NCBI GenBank assembly: GCA_013115145.1
Contig: JAAPAO010000335.1
Span: forward strand, 1 to 38,395
DNA from: Perkinsus chesapeaki ATCC PRA-425
Lineage: Eukaryota; Protista; Perkinsozoa
Direction of reading: 5' to 3'
Length of the DNA: 38,395 nt
Below are positions 1 through 12,214 of the stretch, piece after piece. The notes beneath the pieces were generated by a model, which worked only from the letters and a program-made list of their open reading frames with translations, was not told the DNA's origin and searched no databases. The position numbers were made by a program, and so were the translations under genes. Numbering within the stretch: the first letter of the stretch is position 1; each line of letters starts with the position of its first letter.

Positions 1-160
1 ATGTATTCTGGACTGTCGCTGGATCTACAGTAGTGACGGCAGCCGTGGTGACAACCGTTGTTGGGGCAGCTGTCGATGGCGCCGTAGTACTCACTTGCAG
101 CTCACGGAGTCTTGCAGAAGTCGCAGCGAAAGAGCAAGATAAGCGGAACAACTTGGCCAT
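1..160 (-). CDS. Partial CDS (N-terminus, runs off the window): Thr/Ala-rich, possibly secreted mucin-like protein
   Basis: ATG at 160 opens MAKLFRLSCSFAATSARLRELQVSTTAPSTAAPTTVVTTAAVTTVDPATVQNT with no stop before the window edge. A short, moderately hydrophobic N-terminus is followed by a T/A/P/V-rich tract. Confidence 0.6.
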   Translation of the reverse strand, partial: MAKLFRLSCSFAATSARLRELQVSTTAPSTAAPTTVVTTAAVTTVDPATVQNT

Positions 161-198
161 ATCTAGCGTCGACCCGTAAAAATTGACCTGAAATGAAT

Positions 199-1027
199 GG
201 GTCTCTTTCACAACAAACTCAAGTTTGAAGATTCTTAGGGTAAGGACTCTTATCCCGCTTACTTAACTTACGTCTAAGGTCGTTTCACGAAAAACTCAGA
301 CTTAGGCATAAGGGACCTCACCTTAAGATTTACCGTAAGCAAGGCCTCAGCACAAAACTTGAGTTCTTATCACAAATCTTAAGAAACTTACGCGCGCTCA
401 CAGTACTGCGAAAACCCTGAAACACTTCACGCGCGACGCGCGTGGCATACAATATACACCTTTTGCCCTTTACATAACAAAGAATTACGGCATGGACAAC
501 GGATTCCGTTATCCATTGAGTCGATATATTGAACGATGCCAATTCCGGATTGACATTCAATACATCGACTCAAAGATACTCAATACTCAAATGTACAACT
601 GTACTACAGTTACTGTAGCAAAAAAGTTCAAGTGAAAAATGAAAGTAAAATCGACCGTGAAAAGTACAAGTGTAGAAAACAAAAAAATGCTCCATGTGGG
701 TTTGTACCTGCGAGGCTTTTTTGAAGCGGGTACGAAGATTAGCGGTGCGGAGTAGGGAAATACATTTCCAACACGTAAGGTCAGGGAAGGGGTAGTCTAC
801 CGTTAAGTTAAGTAAGTAGTTAAGATCTAAGGTGAGTAAAACAAGTTCACTAACTTACTCGTATTTCTTAAGATCTTACCCGGTAAGGGTAGGGTTCCTT
901 ACCTTAAGAGTGAGGGCTCAAAACTTACGTAATCTTACCCTCCTTATCTGGTAAGTGAAACGATTTTATGTAAGTTCTTAAGTTCTTACTCGTAAGTTCT
1001 TAAGTGAGTTGCTTGTGAAAGAGGCCC
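199..1027. mobile_element. Non-autonomous DNA transposon (MITE-like), PIF/Harbinger(PHIS)-like termini
   Basis: 23-bp TIRs: gggtctctttcacaacaaactca (199-221) and the reverse complement of 1005-1027, gggcctctttcacaagcaactca, 20/23 identical. AAT on both sides (196-198, 1028-1030). Subterminal regions are rich in CTTA/TAAG units. No transposase ORF. Confidence 0.85.
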
Positions 1028-1719
1028 AATGTTCGCTTGGAAGACCTTGGAATTGTGAGTGGGAATTCAATCATTGATGGAGCGTGAAATATTAAAACGG
1101 TAAGATTCTCTGTGGAATCTTCACGAGTGCGCAAAGTTATCCCTTTGTGTGTCATCACTGACGATGGACACGTACTCTAGCGTTCATCCATGTGTGTCAT
1201 CCTTACAATCCACTCGTTTTATTGAGCCTACATCCCACGGGGTTGCATGCGACTCGCATGATGCCTAATTGTGCACATTTACGTAACTCAGATAAACCAA
1301 TGGGCAATTGGTTGAATGCCCACGAACGGCATGTGTCAAATCCAATCTAGGAGCTTCAATGTTGATTCATTTTTATTCGATAGTTGGTCCCGCAGCCATT
1401 TACACCTGGTTCTGTCTTGCTTCCAAGGCTCGATCTATCACTTGCGGATGGTCAGCCTTTCATGACCATCGTTGCAAGCCTTTGATACAATGTTTGCTAG
1501 CACTTCGAGCTCTAGGGGCAGCCTCTGACGGCACTTCCTTGCCAATCATGTATAAGACATTTCATCACGTTCCTTCCCGGGTAAGCTTGCGGGTAGCCGG
1601 GTAAGCACTACTAACAAACACAACACAAACATAAGCTGCTTACAGTCGCTTGAGAAAAACTGAAAATGTGGAAATGAAAATCAATTGCTTTCAATAAATG
1701 GTCTCATTATACAAAATGC

Positions 1720-4700
1720 TTATATTCCAGCAATAGTAACACGTCTTGGTGGGTTCTCGGAGGCTGGTAGACGCCTTCGCGTTATCTCGCCCTCCGAGAC
1801 GGGACTAGTTCGATCCCCCGCCTCAGGGATTGCTAATAGCCCTCGATCTGATCTGTCATCATCGTTGTCATCCGATCCGAATTGGGCAGTTGAAGGCCCC
1901 ACTGTGGTCGTCCCAGAATAATACGTGTAACCTAAAAACAACACATCAGGACAACACGGAGCAACCCCAACCCCGCTGCTGCTGCTGCTTACCGCTGTAG
2001 TCTCTCAAGCGACTATGCTCCCGTTCACGGTCCACAAAGTAAGTGACCATCTTCCCTTTTCCTTTTATCTCAATCTCTCCTCGACAAGTAAGATCGAATG
2101 ATCCTCGAAGTTCTCTGGCGGTCTCTGCCGTGCAATGTACTCTCATCTCTGCACCATGCGATTCCATCCTACCAACCACCGTGCAATCATTCTCACAGTG
2201 ATGACATCACAAACTACCTCGAGGCTGTATTAACACAGTCACCCCACACATCGTAGATGAACTTTTTTCTCCCGATAACCCCAGCCACACAGTGGCCGCT
2301 ATGCATGCCGACTCTGATACGCAAATGTCTGCCCAAGTGGTCCACCAAACCACAGTCATCGACGATGCTTGGATCCTCTAGCACCTACAAAGCAACAACT
2401 GTACCGTCGAAAAACAGCAGCAGCAGGAGCAGCGACCGTACCTCGATCATTTTCAGACCCATCCGAGCCGCTGCTTGAGCGTGCATCGGATTCGGTATGG
2501 GGAGGCCGGCAGCTGCCATGTACGCATCACCAATAGTTTTGATCTTTTCCAATCCACAGTCCTCGGCAATGTCATCAAAGAGCGTAAAAAGTTCGTTGAG
2601 AAGTTGAACCAATTCTTCCGGTTCTATATTAGAGCCGATAGTAGTGAAACCAACCACATCTGAGAATAGGATCGACACAGAATCATACGCCTCGGCAAAT
2701 CCAACGGCCATTTGATAGCTCAACCTTCTCGATGGTGTAACAGTAGCGTCGGCCACAGTCGAGCCGCCCTTTTCCGAGCCTCTTCGAGCAAGCTGAGCCT
2801 CTTGCCTGATCTGGTCATCTTGATTCTCCTTCAGCTGCCTTATAATAGACCCCGGCAGCACGTTCGATAGGAGGCGTTCAGATCGGTCTGCCTCAGTTGC
2901 CAGCGTCAGGGACAGAACGTAGTCCTTCCGACACAAGGACTCGTACATATAGCGAACCGTGGCCACTACAGCCACTGAGCCAATGTACAACAAGACATCC
3001 GGCGCGGCGTCCGTGAACAGCTGGGCGGGTAGAGCCGGAGTGCTCATAGCAATCCATCGCATGGACACAATACAAACAAAAAAGTATAACCCGAGGAACA
3101 CTATGAGAAGATACCTACAGAGAGACGATGAGATACTTCGTCAACAGCAGCAGCAACAACCGCAACAACCTACCGCAGCTTAAACAGGCCACCCAAAGCA
3201 GCAATGAGAACAGCAAAAGTTAGGGCTTCCTGAATCTTCCAGGTATAATAGGAAAGTGCCTGACATGAGCAAGAGTGAGCATGATGCTAAGAACCTTCTT
3301 AAAAGCTGACCAGCGGAGCGATGTACATCCAGAGGATAACCCCGGTGCCACAGAGGGCTCCCATACTGCCTTGGATGACATAGTAGTTCTCGATGAACCA
3401 CAGTGAATTATCGAAGAAGATAACTTCGATCTGACAAACGCATTATTGGTATAGAGACGACCTTTTGCCTACCACTAGCCTTATTAGGGCCGCAAAAATG
3501 ATGAGGACGGCAGGCTCGGACATAAATTGGCGGACGAATGTGACACTCGGGCTGTCAGTCTTATTGATTTCAAACCGAAGCCAAACGTAGAGCATCACGC
3601 AGGCGACGACCAGGAAGCTGTTCCAGTAGGGATACTTTCGAGCTCGAATGGCAAAGTCGACCTGAACACCACCACCACCACCGTCAGTGAGTTATCCTAT
3701 CATCCCTTAAGTAAAATCAGGACATTTATATAAGACGAGTTCGATAGGATCAACGAGCCCTATTATCAATCATTACCCGACCATTGCTGACAATCTCTGA
3801 ATGTCTCTCCACAAGAAAACCATATTAATATTGGAGAAGCAACCGATCAGAAAATGCGATCATATTTTCTGTTGAGTATTTTCCAATACAGAGGGTGTAG
3901 CATCGCCTCAGTGCTTCTTATAACGCTGTTTTTTCACACCGACGGTTCGTCAATACGAAAAAACAGCGGCCTCGACGACGAACATGTGAAATGCTCTTCC
4001 GACAACTCTATTATGGATCCCACCGACCTGGAAGCCTTTCTCCAAGGAGGCATCGTCGGTGTATTCCAATGTGAACCAATGTGTCGGCTGCCCAAATGTA
4101 CGCCATAATGCCTTCCGTTCGAGAGTGGTGTATTGTATCTGCCCAGTGAATCCATCACAACTCCATCACAGCAAAGGCTTACCTCGCTCCATCTGTCGGC
4201 TGATCCGACAACTTCCCGACCAATCACAAACCGTACTCGCCACGGCAAAAGACGCTTGATCTTGCCGTAGCAGCCCCGACCTTTCTTTGCTCCTCTAAGC
4301 ACCATCAATGACACCATACCACACAGTTTCGCCCAAGAGATCACCACAAGTCCCCACCCGTAATAACATTTCCCGAATATCCGATGCAAGGTTGCTGACC
4401 GAATATGAATATATGCGCCAAGCATTGCACTATAGCAGGCGGAGGAGGACCAGCAGAACTGCAAAGTCCAACTACAGCCCTGGCACGACGAGCGCGGCAG
4501 GTGGTCCAGTGGGAAAGGGTTCAACTTATCAATCATCAATAGCCCGGTTCCAAAAGATTAGCCAGTCTTCAATATCAGCATTTGAATACCAATTTCCATA
4601 GTCCCCTCCGGGCCACATTCTCCCGTGGTGGAAAATACGTTGTTCACTATCATCAGACACACCCATACCTCCGCCTTCGTCTGGTATGCCTTGACTCCTG

Positions 4701-4950
4701 TATTATCCTCCGACACTTCTGTTTTATATTACCCATCGATGGCAGCTTTCCTCTGCTCACTCCACGCCCAGGTGACATGTCCTAAATAAAACCATCTACC
4801 CTATCATCAACCACACCACGCACCTGTGCAGCACTTCCCAGGCCAGACTCCGAGCCAGCAGTAGTAGATTGACCTGATTTGACCAAATCCGTCACCCACA
4901 GTGTTGAAGTATCCTCTCACCCTGGCCCAAACCTTTCTTACCAAAACGCC

Positions 4951-4984
<34 letters not shown>

Positions 4985-6450
4985 AAGAAGAAGAGGAAGA
5001 TACACCCGTCAGTGGCGACAAAAGCGTAGGAATATACCGAGATTCTTTGAGGTTTTTCTTCTCCGTCATGCATATAGGAGAGCGATCTATCCCAGAACTT
5101 TCACTACCCATCACAGAGGTGTGCTGGATCAAAAACATCCCTGGCGCAAAGATATATCAGATATTTCGCTCTTCGAATGTCATCCTAGACCAACCATCTA
5201 GTGCAGTTCTACTTCCGTCAGGATTTCCCTTCTATCCCCATGCTTCTCAGCATTAGCCTTACCTCTGCCTTCCCCCACAGAAATGCCTCCTCCTTTCCGT
5301 GCTGCCTCAGCGTCATCCAGCAGTGCTGTTGTCGCCTGACCTCTGGTGGCTTCACTTTGATTAGCATTCATATCCTCCGCAACCACCGGCAGGCATGTAT
5401 ACCTCACAAAAAAGAACACCAGCGTCCATCAATAATTTCGCGGCGCGTGACTTTTCCTCTACCATAGCACGGCCAAGAACTCTGTAAGAGTGTTCTCGAA
5501 GACCTGTTCGTCTATACAAATCGGTCTGGAAATTGTGTGTGCACCCCGCGCCGAACGCTGGGACGAATCCTCCGAGTCCTCCATATCCTGATCACCAGCA
5601 TCCCACCCGACCGCCGCCGCCGCCGCCGCCCCACCTCCTCGGCATTGGGCTCCTCGCCTCCACTGTCCTCCCCTCCTATGTCGCTCGTTCCGTCCTGCCG
5701 ACGTAATATCCGAGAATCATGCTCCTTCACAGCATCCATCTGCAACGAGATAATAAATCTACCACGGTGGGCACCTTCTTACAACGCTCTGCATTCGATC
5801 AACCAATAGGTAATGTATCTTCTCTAGATCCCCTTGGTAGCACAGTTCCATCAGCTCGTCCACAGTATTGTTATCATCAAACACTTGCAGACATATATTC
5901 TGAAGATCCTGATGCATATACCTTCCCCGCCGCTGCAGCACACGCCTCAGTATCTCGTTTCCTGTCCGTCCTGCCATGAACACTAGCACCCTTGGGACGA
6001 GCCTTGGAACCTACGGGCAGACGGAGACCCTCGCCGTCGACTCGGAAATATGGACAGATTCCTGCTCTCTGTGTGGCGGCCAGATCGAGATCCCTGACAG
6101 AGCCTTGAAAGCCCATACCGCAATAACAACAACAACGTCTACCGAGCCCCCTCGACCGCTGCCACTGAGTCGGGTCCCAGTGGACATGCGACGTGATGAG
6201 GTCTGCGTGGCCGATATTCCATCGTCATCTGCAACAGCAAGAAGAAGACGACAGATCTATCATTACAATACAAGCGCTTGAGAGCCCCACCATGCGCGCA
6301 GCCGGTCTCCTGAACTGCCGGGCTCGATGATCTTCTTAAACTTGGTGGTGTGAGCCGTCGCATCGATTGATCAGACAGTGTAGGTATGATGGGTAAAGGC
6401 AGGTGAGGTGGCCCTCGCTGGAACGATGGCCTTGGTACTGCTCCCGCCAT
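1720..6450 (-). CDS. Multi-exon membrane-bound class III adenylyl cyclase with a single catalytic domain
   Basis: Motifs [56 protein letters not shown]|MESHG and [14 protein letters not shown] are in exons 1946-3101. Hydrophobic exons lie at about 3000-4500. Low-complexity upstream exons appear spliceable back to an ATG at 6450, but that 5' linkage is less certain. Confidence 0.85.
4951..4998. repeat. (GTA)11 microsatellite followed by a GAA run; encodes poly-Ser/poly-Thr in a probable cyclase exon
   Basis: Direct reading of 4951-4983 plus gaagaagaagaggaaga. The minus frame reads [17 protein letters not shown]. Confidence 0.9.
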
Positions 6451-6550
6451 ATGGGATTATAAACTTACAAAAATAATACCGCTATAAGTCTCAAGCAAAC
6501 ACCACTTCGTCCTTTCATTAAGCGCTAGTAATGCTGATGGTAATATGTTG

Positions 6551-9500
6551 CTAGAACAATAGCCACTTTTTCCGTTGCTGTTTTTTATTCATATCTCTCG
6601 CCATCCTCAACATATCTTCCGATTGCTGTGACATCTGAGCCGACTTCTCTTGAATGTCCGACAGCTTCTCCCTATTGCTCGCTATCTGCGCCCTAGCTCG
6701 ACTCAGCATCTCCTGAGTCTCTTGTGACGATGACGTCCCTGTTGCTGCAGCAGCTGCTGCTGATGCCTTCCCTCGGACCCCTTCATTGCCACTCCCCCTC
6801 CTTTCGGCCTTCACATCCATATCCTGTTTCTCCCCTCCGCCTCCTCGCAGCTTGTCTCGGATATGCCCGAAAGTGCTGGCGGCTCCAGCGACGGCCCTGT
6901 TAGCCGCCCGTTGACTGGCCTCTATGACAGCTCCCTGTCGTATCTGCTCCTGCATCCGTTGGCTCACCTCCAAAGTAGCCTCCGTCACTTCCATCCTGGA
7001 GACATACGCCTTCTGGGCCAAAACCACCGTCGACTCGTCAACTGAATCCTCGGACTTATTAAATTCCGAAATGACCGCGCGCCTCATTTCAGCGTAAAAC
7101 CGGATGACTAACCCTCTCGACGTGATCCATACCAAACTCGGTCCACTGTCCTCCCCTCCAGCAGCCTCACTTCTCCCCACCAGCACGCCATCCCTCAATC
7201 TTATCACTTCAACCGACCCTTCCTCATTCGCCACAGCAACACAGCGGCCATCTTCCCCTCCCATGTCCACCAGCTGCGCCGCAACAACGTCACTCCCCTC
7301 GCACGCCAGTACCGTCCATCTCGGGGTCTCAACAAGCCCAAAGCTCCGAACTGTCACCCCTGGAAACTGACCCACCACAACATCGCTCGCAGCCAGGTCC
7401 ACCGTAGGCGCCCCGCTCGAAATGAGCAGTCGGTAATCGACCTGGAATCTTCGGCCCGACACCGTGGTCACAATGACGAAGTTACCGACAACCTGTAGGG
7501 CATGGATACCCTCATCACAGCTGAAAACTTGGGATTTCGTGGCGAGTGAAATAACAGAGCCATCAGAGTAACCGGCAAATATAGTCCCAGCAGCAGCCAC
7601 GTCCGCGCACACTGCCGTCACAGCAGTATCCGTAGTTAAAGTGAAAAGCGATGCAATTTTCCTATCAGAAAATACGTAGCATCTCAACCCTCTGTTCCCC
7701 CCACACAGGAGGACACCTTCCCATCTGCCCAGGTCCCAGGTTCGAATCCCAGCAGCTCCATCTTTCGATAACTTCCCCAACAGTTTTTCCGTTCCCTGTC
7801 CTTTCGGCAGTTCGCAAAGAGCATGCCGGCCCGCAGGCTTCCATGAACTCATCGACGGTGCTCTAGTAAACCCAGACAGATTCATCTCTCTGTTATTAGC
7901 TTCCACCAAGGCCACCATTTTCTCGCGCGCCCCATCGAAATGGGCGTCCACAATCTCAGAGTCGGTTGTCTGCGGGGATTCTTCCCCCTCATCACAGTGG
8001 ACAGTCTTCACCACACCTGACGAAACTGCTGATAAGAACGCTAAACACTAACTTTCAACGTCTGAACTTATTAATTGCTCACCGAATCAAAGCCTCAACA
8101 ATTGAGCGGAAATTAGCGAATACTTTTCCCCAAGGAACCTCCCTCAGTTGGTAAGTGAGCTACGTGAACAAATGCACACCCACTCGAGTAGTGCGGCGAG
8201 ACCATGGCTTGGTGTAGAGTTCTCAGATCATATATGTGAAGTAGAATAATTATGAATAACATGAATAATATAAAACTACTTATTGAATGTTATTGTAGCG
8301 TCTATGGTGCAATGACTCCCCAGAGGGATGCCGCTCAGTCGAGTCCCTAGGGAAGGCTAGGCCCTGACCGACTGGAACTATTAAGTGGGAGCATATGAGT
8401 GCAGCAACGTGTAAGACAGTCTAACTGGGCCATATTGGCGTCTGACTTTAAACTACACAGCAACAACTTCCCAGTGGCCAACAGTTTAGCCAGAGTGGAT
8501 GATCAATACTACTGTAGACTTTGTTATACAAAAACTCAAGTGGCCAAGGAACTAAGTGATTGACCTTTTCCCCAACCAACAGCAGCTTCAACTGCAAGAA
8601 GCACGTCAAGCCCGATCCAGATATCTTTATTATGCCATCAGCAACATTATAACACCGAAACACCCCCAGTTTGCTGCCTACCGGTGACAGCATCGAACAT
8701 GAACTCTCCCAAGCATGTTGCCAGTCTTATCATACCATCCCTCCCAAATATGATATCAAACACATTCTCAGCTTCCCGAGGTAAGTCGATCGATGTCCCA
8801 TTTGGCATGTCCATCCACAACTGAGCAGCAGCCACCGGCAATCACCAACTCACTTTCCCATCTTCCCTTACATCATTCTCCGAACTAACCCACACCGTGA
8901 TCCAGGCGTTCGGTTGGAACTCGCAGCCAGCTATGCAAGTGGACCCATGGGCGGCTGTATTAATGCCAGCTTTCTGATCCGCTAGCCAACCTCGACTTGC
9001 TGGGGAGTAGAAGCGAACCGGGGACCTTATAAGATAACAGGGCTACCAGGACAGTATCACTTACGCCGCGGCGTCTCAGAAATGCAGTATACTGCTATAG
9101 TTAATAATATTAACATTTTAATAATGCATTTTGAACTGAATAATATTAAACTCCCCGTTGTGCATTTTCAACTGTGCTAGATGGTGTAGATTAACTTAAG
9201 ATTCACTGCATCGTTTTCAATTGTTCCATAATACAGAGGGAATGAAATTGTCGAAAATCTTCAAGGTAAGCTGCGTAGATTCTGACATCTAACAGTGCTA
9301 AAAGGGCATATAGCGAATGTGAACATCATCATCATCACCATCACAGGGATGATGATAATGTTCACATTTACTATATGCGGTCCAGGCTAGAGTGAGAAGC
9401 GTGAAGAGTGATGTCATCATTCTCCACGCTCCTCATATTAGCTCTTAGATATCCTCGCCGAAGCGTCGTATCAGATTGAAAAAGATAAAGTGGAATCTTC

Positions 9501-12214
9501 CCGCGGGTAAAAGCCACGAAAAGACTAACCGAGCATGCTGAATAGTATGCTCGCATGGGCCGTCTTGGAGCAGATGGCCTTGAATTGGCCTAGAATCTCA
9601 TGTGGGGGAGATCGGCCATTTGAAGTTTCCTCGCCAATGCTAAGCGCAAGCGTATATTACACACCGATCAATACTATTCAATGGTTGAAGTGTAAATGAC
9701 ATACTCACTTTTCATTGCCTATCATCCATACCGATCCATCCTTATTAGTGGCCAATACCGTAACCATACTAGCTTTGGCATCCCCCCCACCAGAATCCAA
9801 TACTAATGATGCCAAGAATGGTGCACTACCATCTGTGGCATCAATGACCTAAGTAGCAATAATGTAGCGGAAGAATTCCACTTGTTAGCGGTGGCACTGC
9901 TAGTGCAGTGAGGTGTTAGTGCCGCCCAAACATCTCAGAATGCTATTAAGGCAACACGGCAATTAATGCTGTTCGTTAGTAGTGTACTACTGATAAACCA
10001 AAGGATCTGTTATACTATAATTTTACCAAATATCGCATACCATTCCACATCCAGTATGATGATACTGTATCATATATAGTGTTATATTATTAGATAAAGT
10101 CCATACTATTATATCCACATCGCACTATCCTATTTACCCCACATGAGCAACAGTGTCAAAACGAAAACGCTTCTATAGGGAAAGCTTCAGGGCGCACATC
10201 GTACTCATTTCACCCATCTCCGCGACTCACCTTAGTGTTCCCCGTTGACGTCCCTACCAGGCACATACCTGTCTGGGCGATCGGGCACAGCTTGGTGACA
10301 GACGAGGTTTGAGAGATCTCTGAAAATCATCATAGTGCATAGCAGCGTTAAAGGCTGACTCACCTATTGTGACGGGCCCGGTCGCATTCGGTGAATCTTT
10401 GGCTTGCACCAAGTCCCATACAAAAACAACCTAATTAGCGGAGAGAGCGGTATGACAGACTGACCTTCGCCTTAGATACATTAAAGTGATTTTATCGATT
10501 ATTCTATTTCTTAATTTTGCAAAACTCGCATTTTTCGCAAGGTGTCAAGAGGTTCACGGTGAAAGTTGTAAAGTGATTAGTATTAGCGACTAGTTCAATG
10601 TTGACATCATCCAAATCGATCAACTCTTATAAGACCTATACAGGGACCAATACACCCATCACATATTAGGATCGAGCCATCAACCACTTTATTGCGCCAT
10701 ATACCATTGAGTGCTCTCAACAGTCGTATCAACTATACCAACAACCATTAGGTAAAATCCATGCGTTATATTTCCACTCTAGGCTTACATTCGCCGCGGA
10801 TGCAACAACGACCCCTCTCCCGCGTAGTGCAACAACTTCCTGGATCTCGCCCGGCGGTGATGGCCCTGGCAATACCTAAGGGAACAATGTCGAGCTTGGA
10901 AATGTATAATAATATTCAATTTATAATAAATCGCTATTATTTTGCAACTGCTACCTCCATATTGTTGAATAAAACTAGGCAAGTCGAAACCATTGTCAGT
11001 CTTCTAACTCCAACTCACCATCCCGATGTTCAACATGACTTGCGCTCGAGTATCAGATTGATTGAGGTGCAGAATTTGGTTCATTGTTTGGATTTTCTGC
11101 CAGCGGCATGCTCACGACACCACGTGCCCGTATTCCAGAGTCGATAGGGCCAGGAAGACCCAAGTAGAAGTAGAGTGACAGCTACCGTGTTTAATCAAAG
11201 TGGGATAGGATTCACTCTCTTGCGCACTACGAAGATTTCAAAGATACTAGCATCTTCGAAATCTTTGTAGTGCGTATACAGTTCGCTGGACCACACGGGC
11301 CGCACTATAAATGATTCCTTTAAGATTATCTTACCACATCCAGCTCATTTGTGTAAACCTTGAGCCCCCCTCCTCGAAGGGGGATGGCAATAATGCCAAG
11401 ATCGCCATCAACAGCAAAACAAGAATACCTGACCTAACCGTCAAGCCGTCACTGCGCCACGTAATTCGTCTACATCCAGTCGCTGCATATGCCCACATAA
11501 GCAGTTATCTTCTCTTCCTTTAAGTCAGCGTTACTGACACCTCTAGCTGCCACTGGCACGGCGGCAGGGGGAACAGGATGCGGGGAGCAACTAGGCTCCG
11601 ATTCCTCATTATCTTCCTCGAGAGTATCATCCGAGGATGATGACAACGATGAGGAGGAGCTTTCGGTCCGGCTACGCTGCGGTGGATCCCTGCAAAGGGA
11701 AGTAATGGGGATGCTGTCTGGGAAATAATTACAATATCGAGGATGTCGGTGCCTCGGATTGAACCTGTGCTGACGGATTGGATGACCTGATAAGAGGAAG
11801 TGAAACTTCTATCAGCAATTTCACGTGTTATAGCAAGGACAACCATGTTGGTCCGTAGCAACAAGTCACAAATAATATATGGACTACATTTCTAAGCTTT
11901 AACATATTCATATATTCTCAAGATATAATAATATTATAATACCTATACACACAAGACTCTCCCAAATACCACATTTCCGTTTGGAAGTACAATATACAAT
12001 ATAGTAGTAAAAAACGGTTAACATTATACCAAAATCTATTCACACTTTTATATACGATAATCTCACAAGCTGCCTACCTTCTGAACAATGAATCTATACC
12101 AGCGGTTTCGACATGCATAGGGACTGACAACTGGCTGCTGCTTGGGTTACCACTACCCCCACTAGTCTTATCGGCTTGCTCTTTGGCTCTCCGAAAATCA
12201 GATATAAAATCCAT
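6551..12214 (-). CDS. Tomosyn/Lgl(Sro7)-like WD40 protein with C-terminal R-SNARE-like coiled coil, multi-exon
   Basis: The C-terminus RARAQIASNREKLSDIQEKSAQMSQQSEDMLRMAR resembles the tomosyn VAMP-like motif, with no TM anchor. Upstream exons read as WD40 strands: YSCFAVDGDLGIIAIPLRGGGLKVY (about 11340-11430), VVFVWDLVQ (about 10400), SSVTKLCPIAQTGMCLVGTSTGNTK (about 10240-10320), LATNKDGSVWMIG (about 9720). The start MDFISDFRRAKEQ at 12214 is inferred. Confidence 0.7.
7731..7758 (+). pseudogene. tRNA-like 3' half (Ala-like acceptor), antisense to the tomosyn-like gene
   Basis: aggtc ccagg ttcgaat cccag cagctcc a reads as variable loop, T-arm with B-box, and acceptor 3' strand with U70 and A73. 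The T-stem is imperfect and there is no 5' half. Confidence 0.55.
9306..9378. repeat. 73-nt near-perfect inverted repeat (31-bp arms)
   Basis: 9306-9336 versus the reverse complement of 9348-9378: 28/31 identical, 11-nt loop. Confidence 0.9.
11221..11276. repeat. 56-nt near-perfect inverted repeat (23-bp core arms)
   Basis: cgcactacgaagatttcaaagat (11223-11245) versus the reverse complement of 11252-11274, cgcactacaaagatttcgaagat: 21/23 identical, loop actagc. Confidence 0.9.

Noticed and set aside
100-120. ARLRELQ after the N-terminus of the first gene as an RxLR or PEXEL export motif
   Set aside because: It fits neither R-x-L-R nor R-x-L-x-E/Q/D in register.
1800-1822. ctagttcgatcccccg as another tRNA T-arm
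   Set aside because: Incomplete B-box, no variable-loop or acceptor pattern, and it lies in the last cyclase exon.
9005-9030. Minus-strand aaggtccccggttcgctt, tRNA-like
   Set aside because: The T-loop breaks after TTCG and there is no 3' stem; too short to support.
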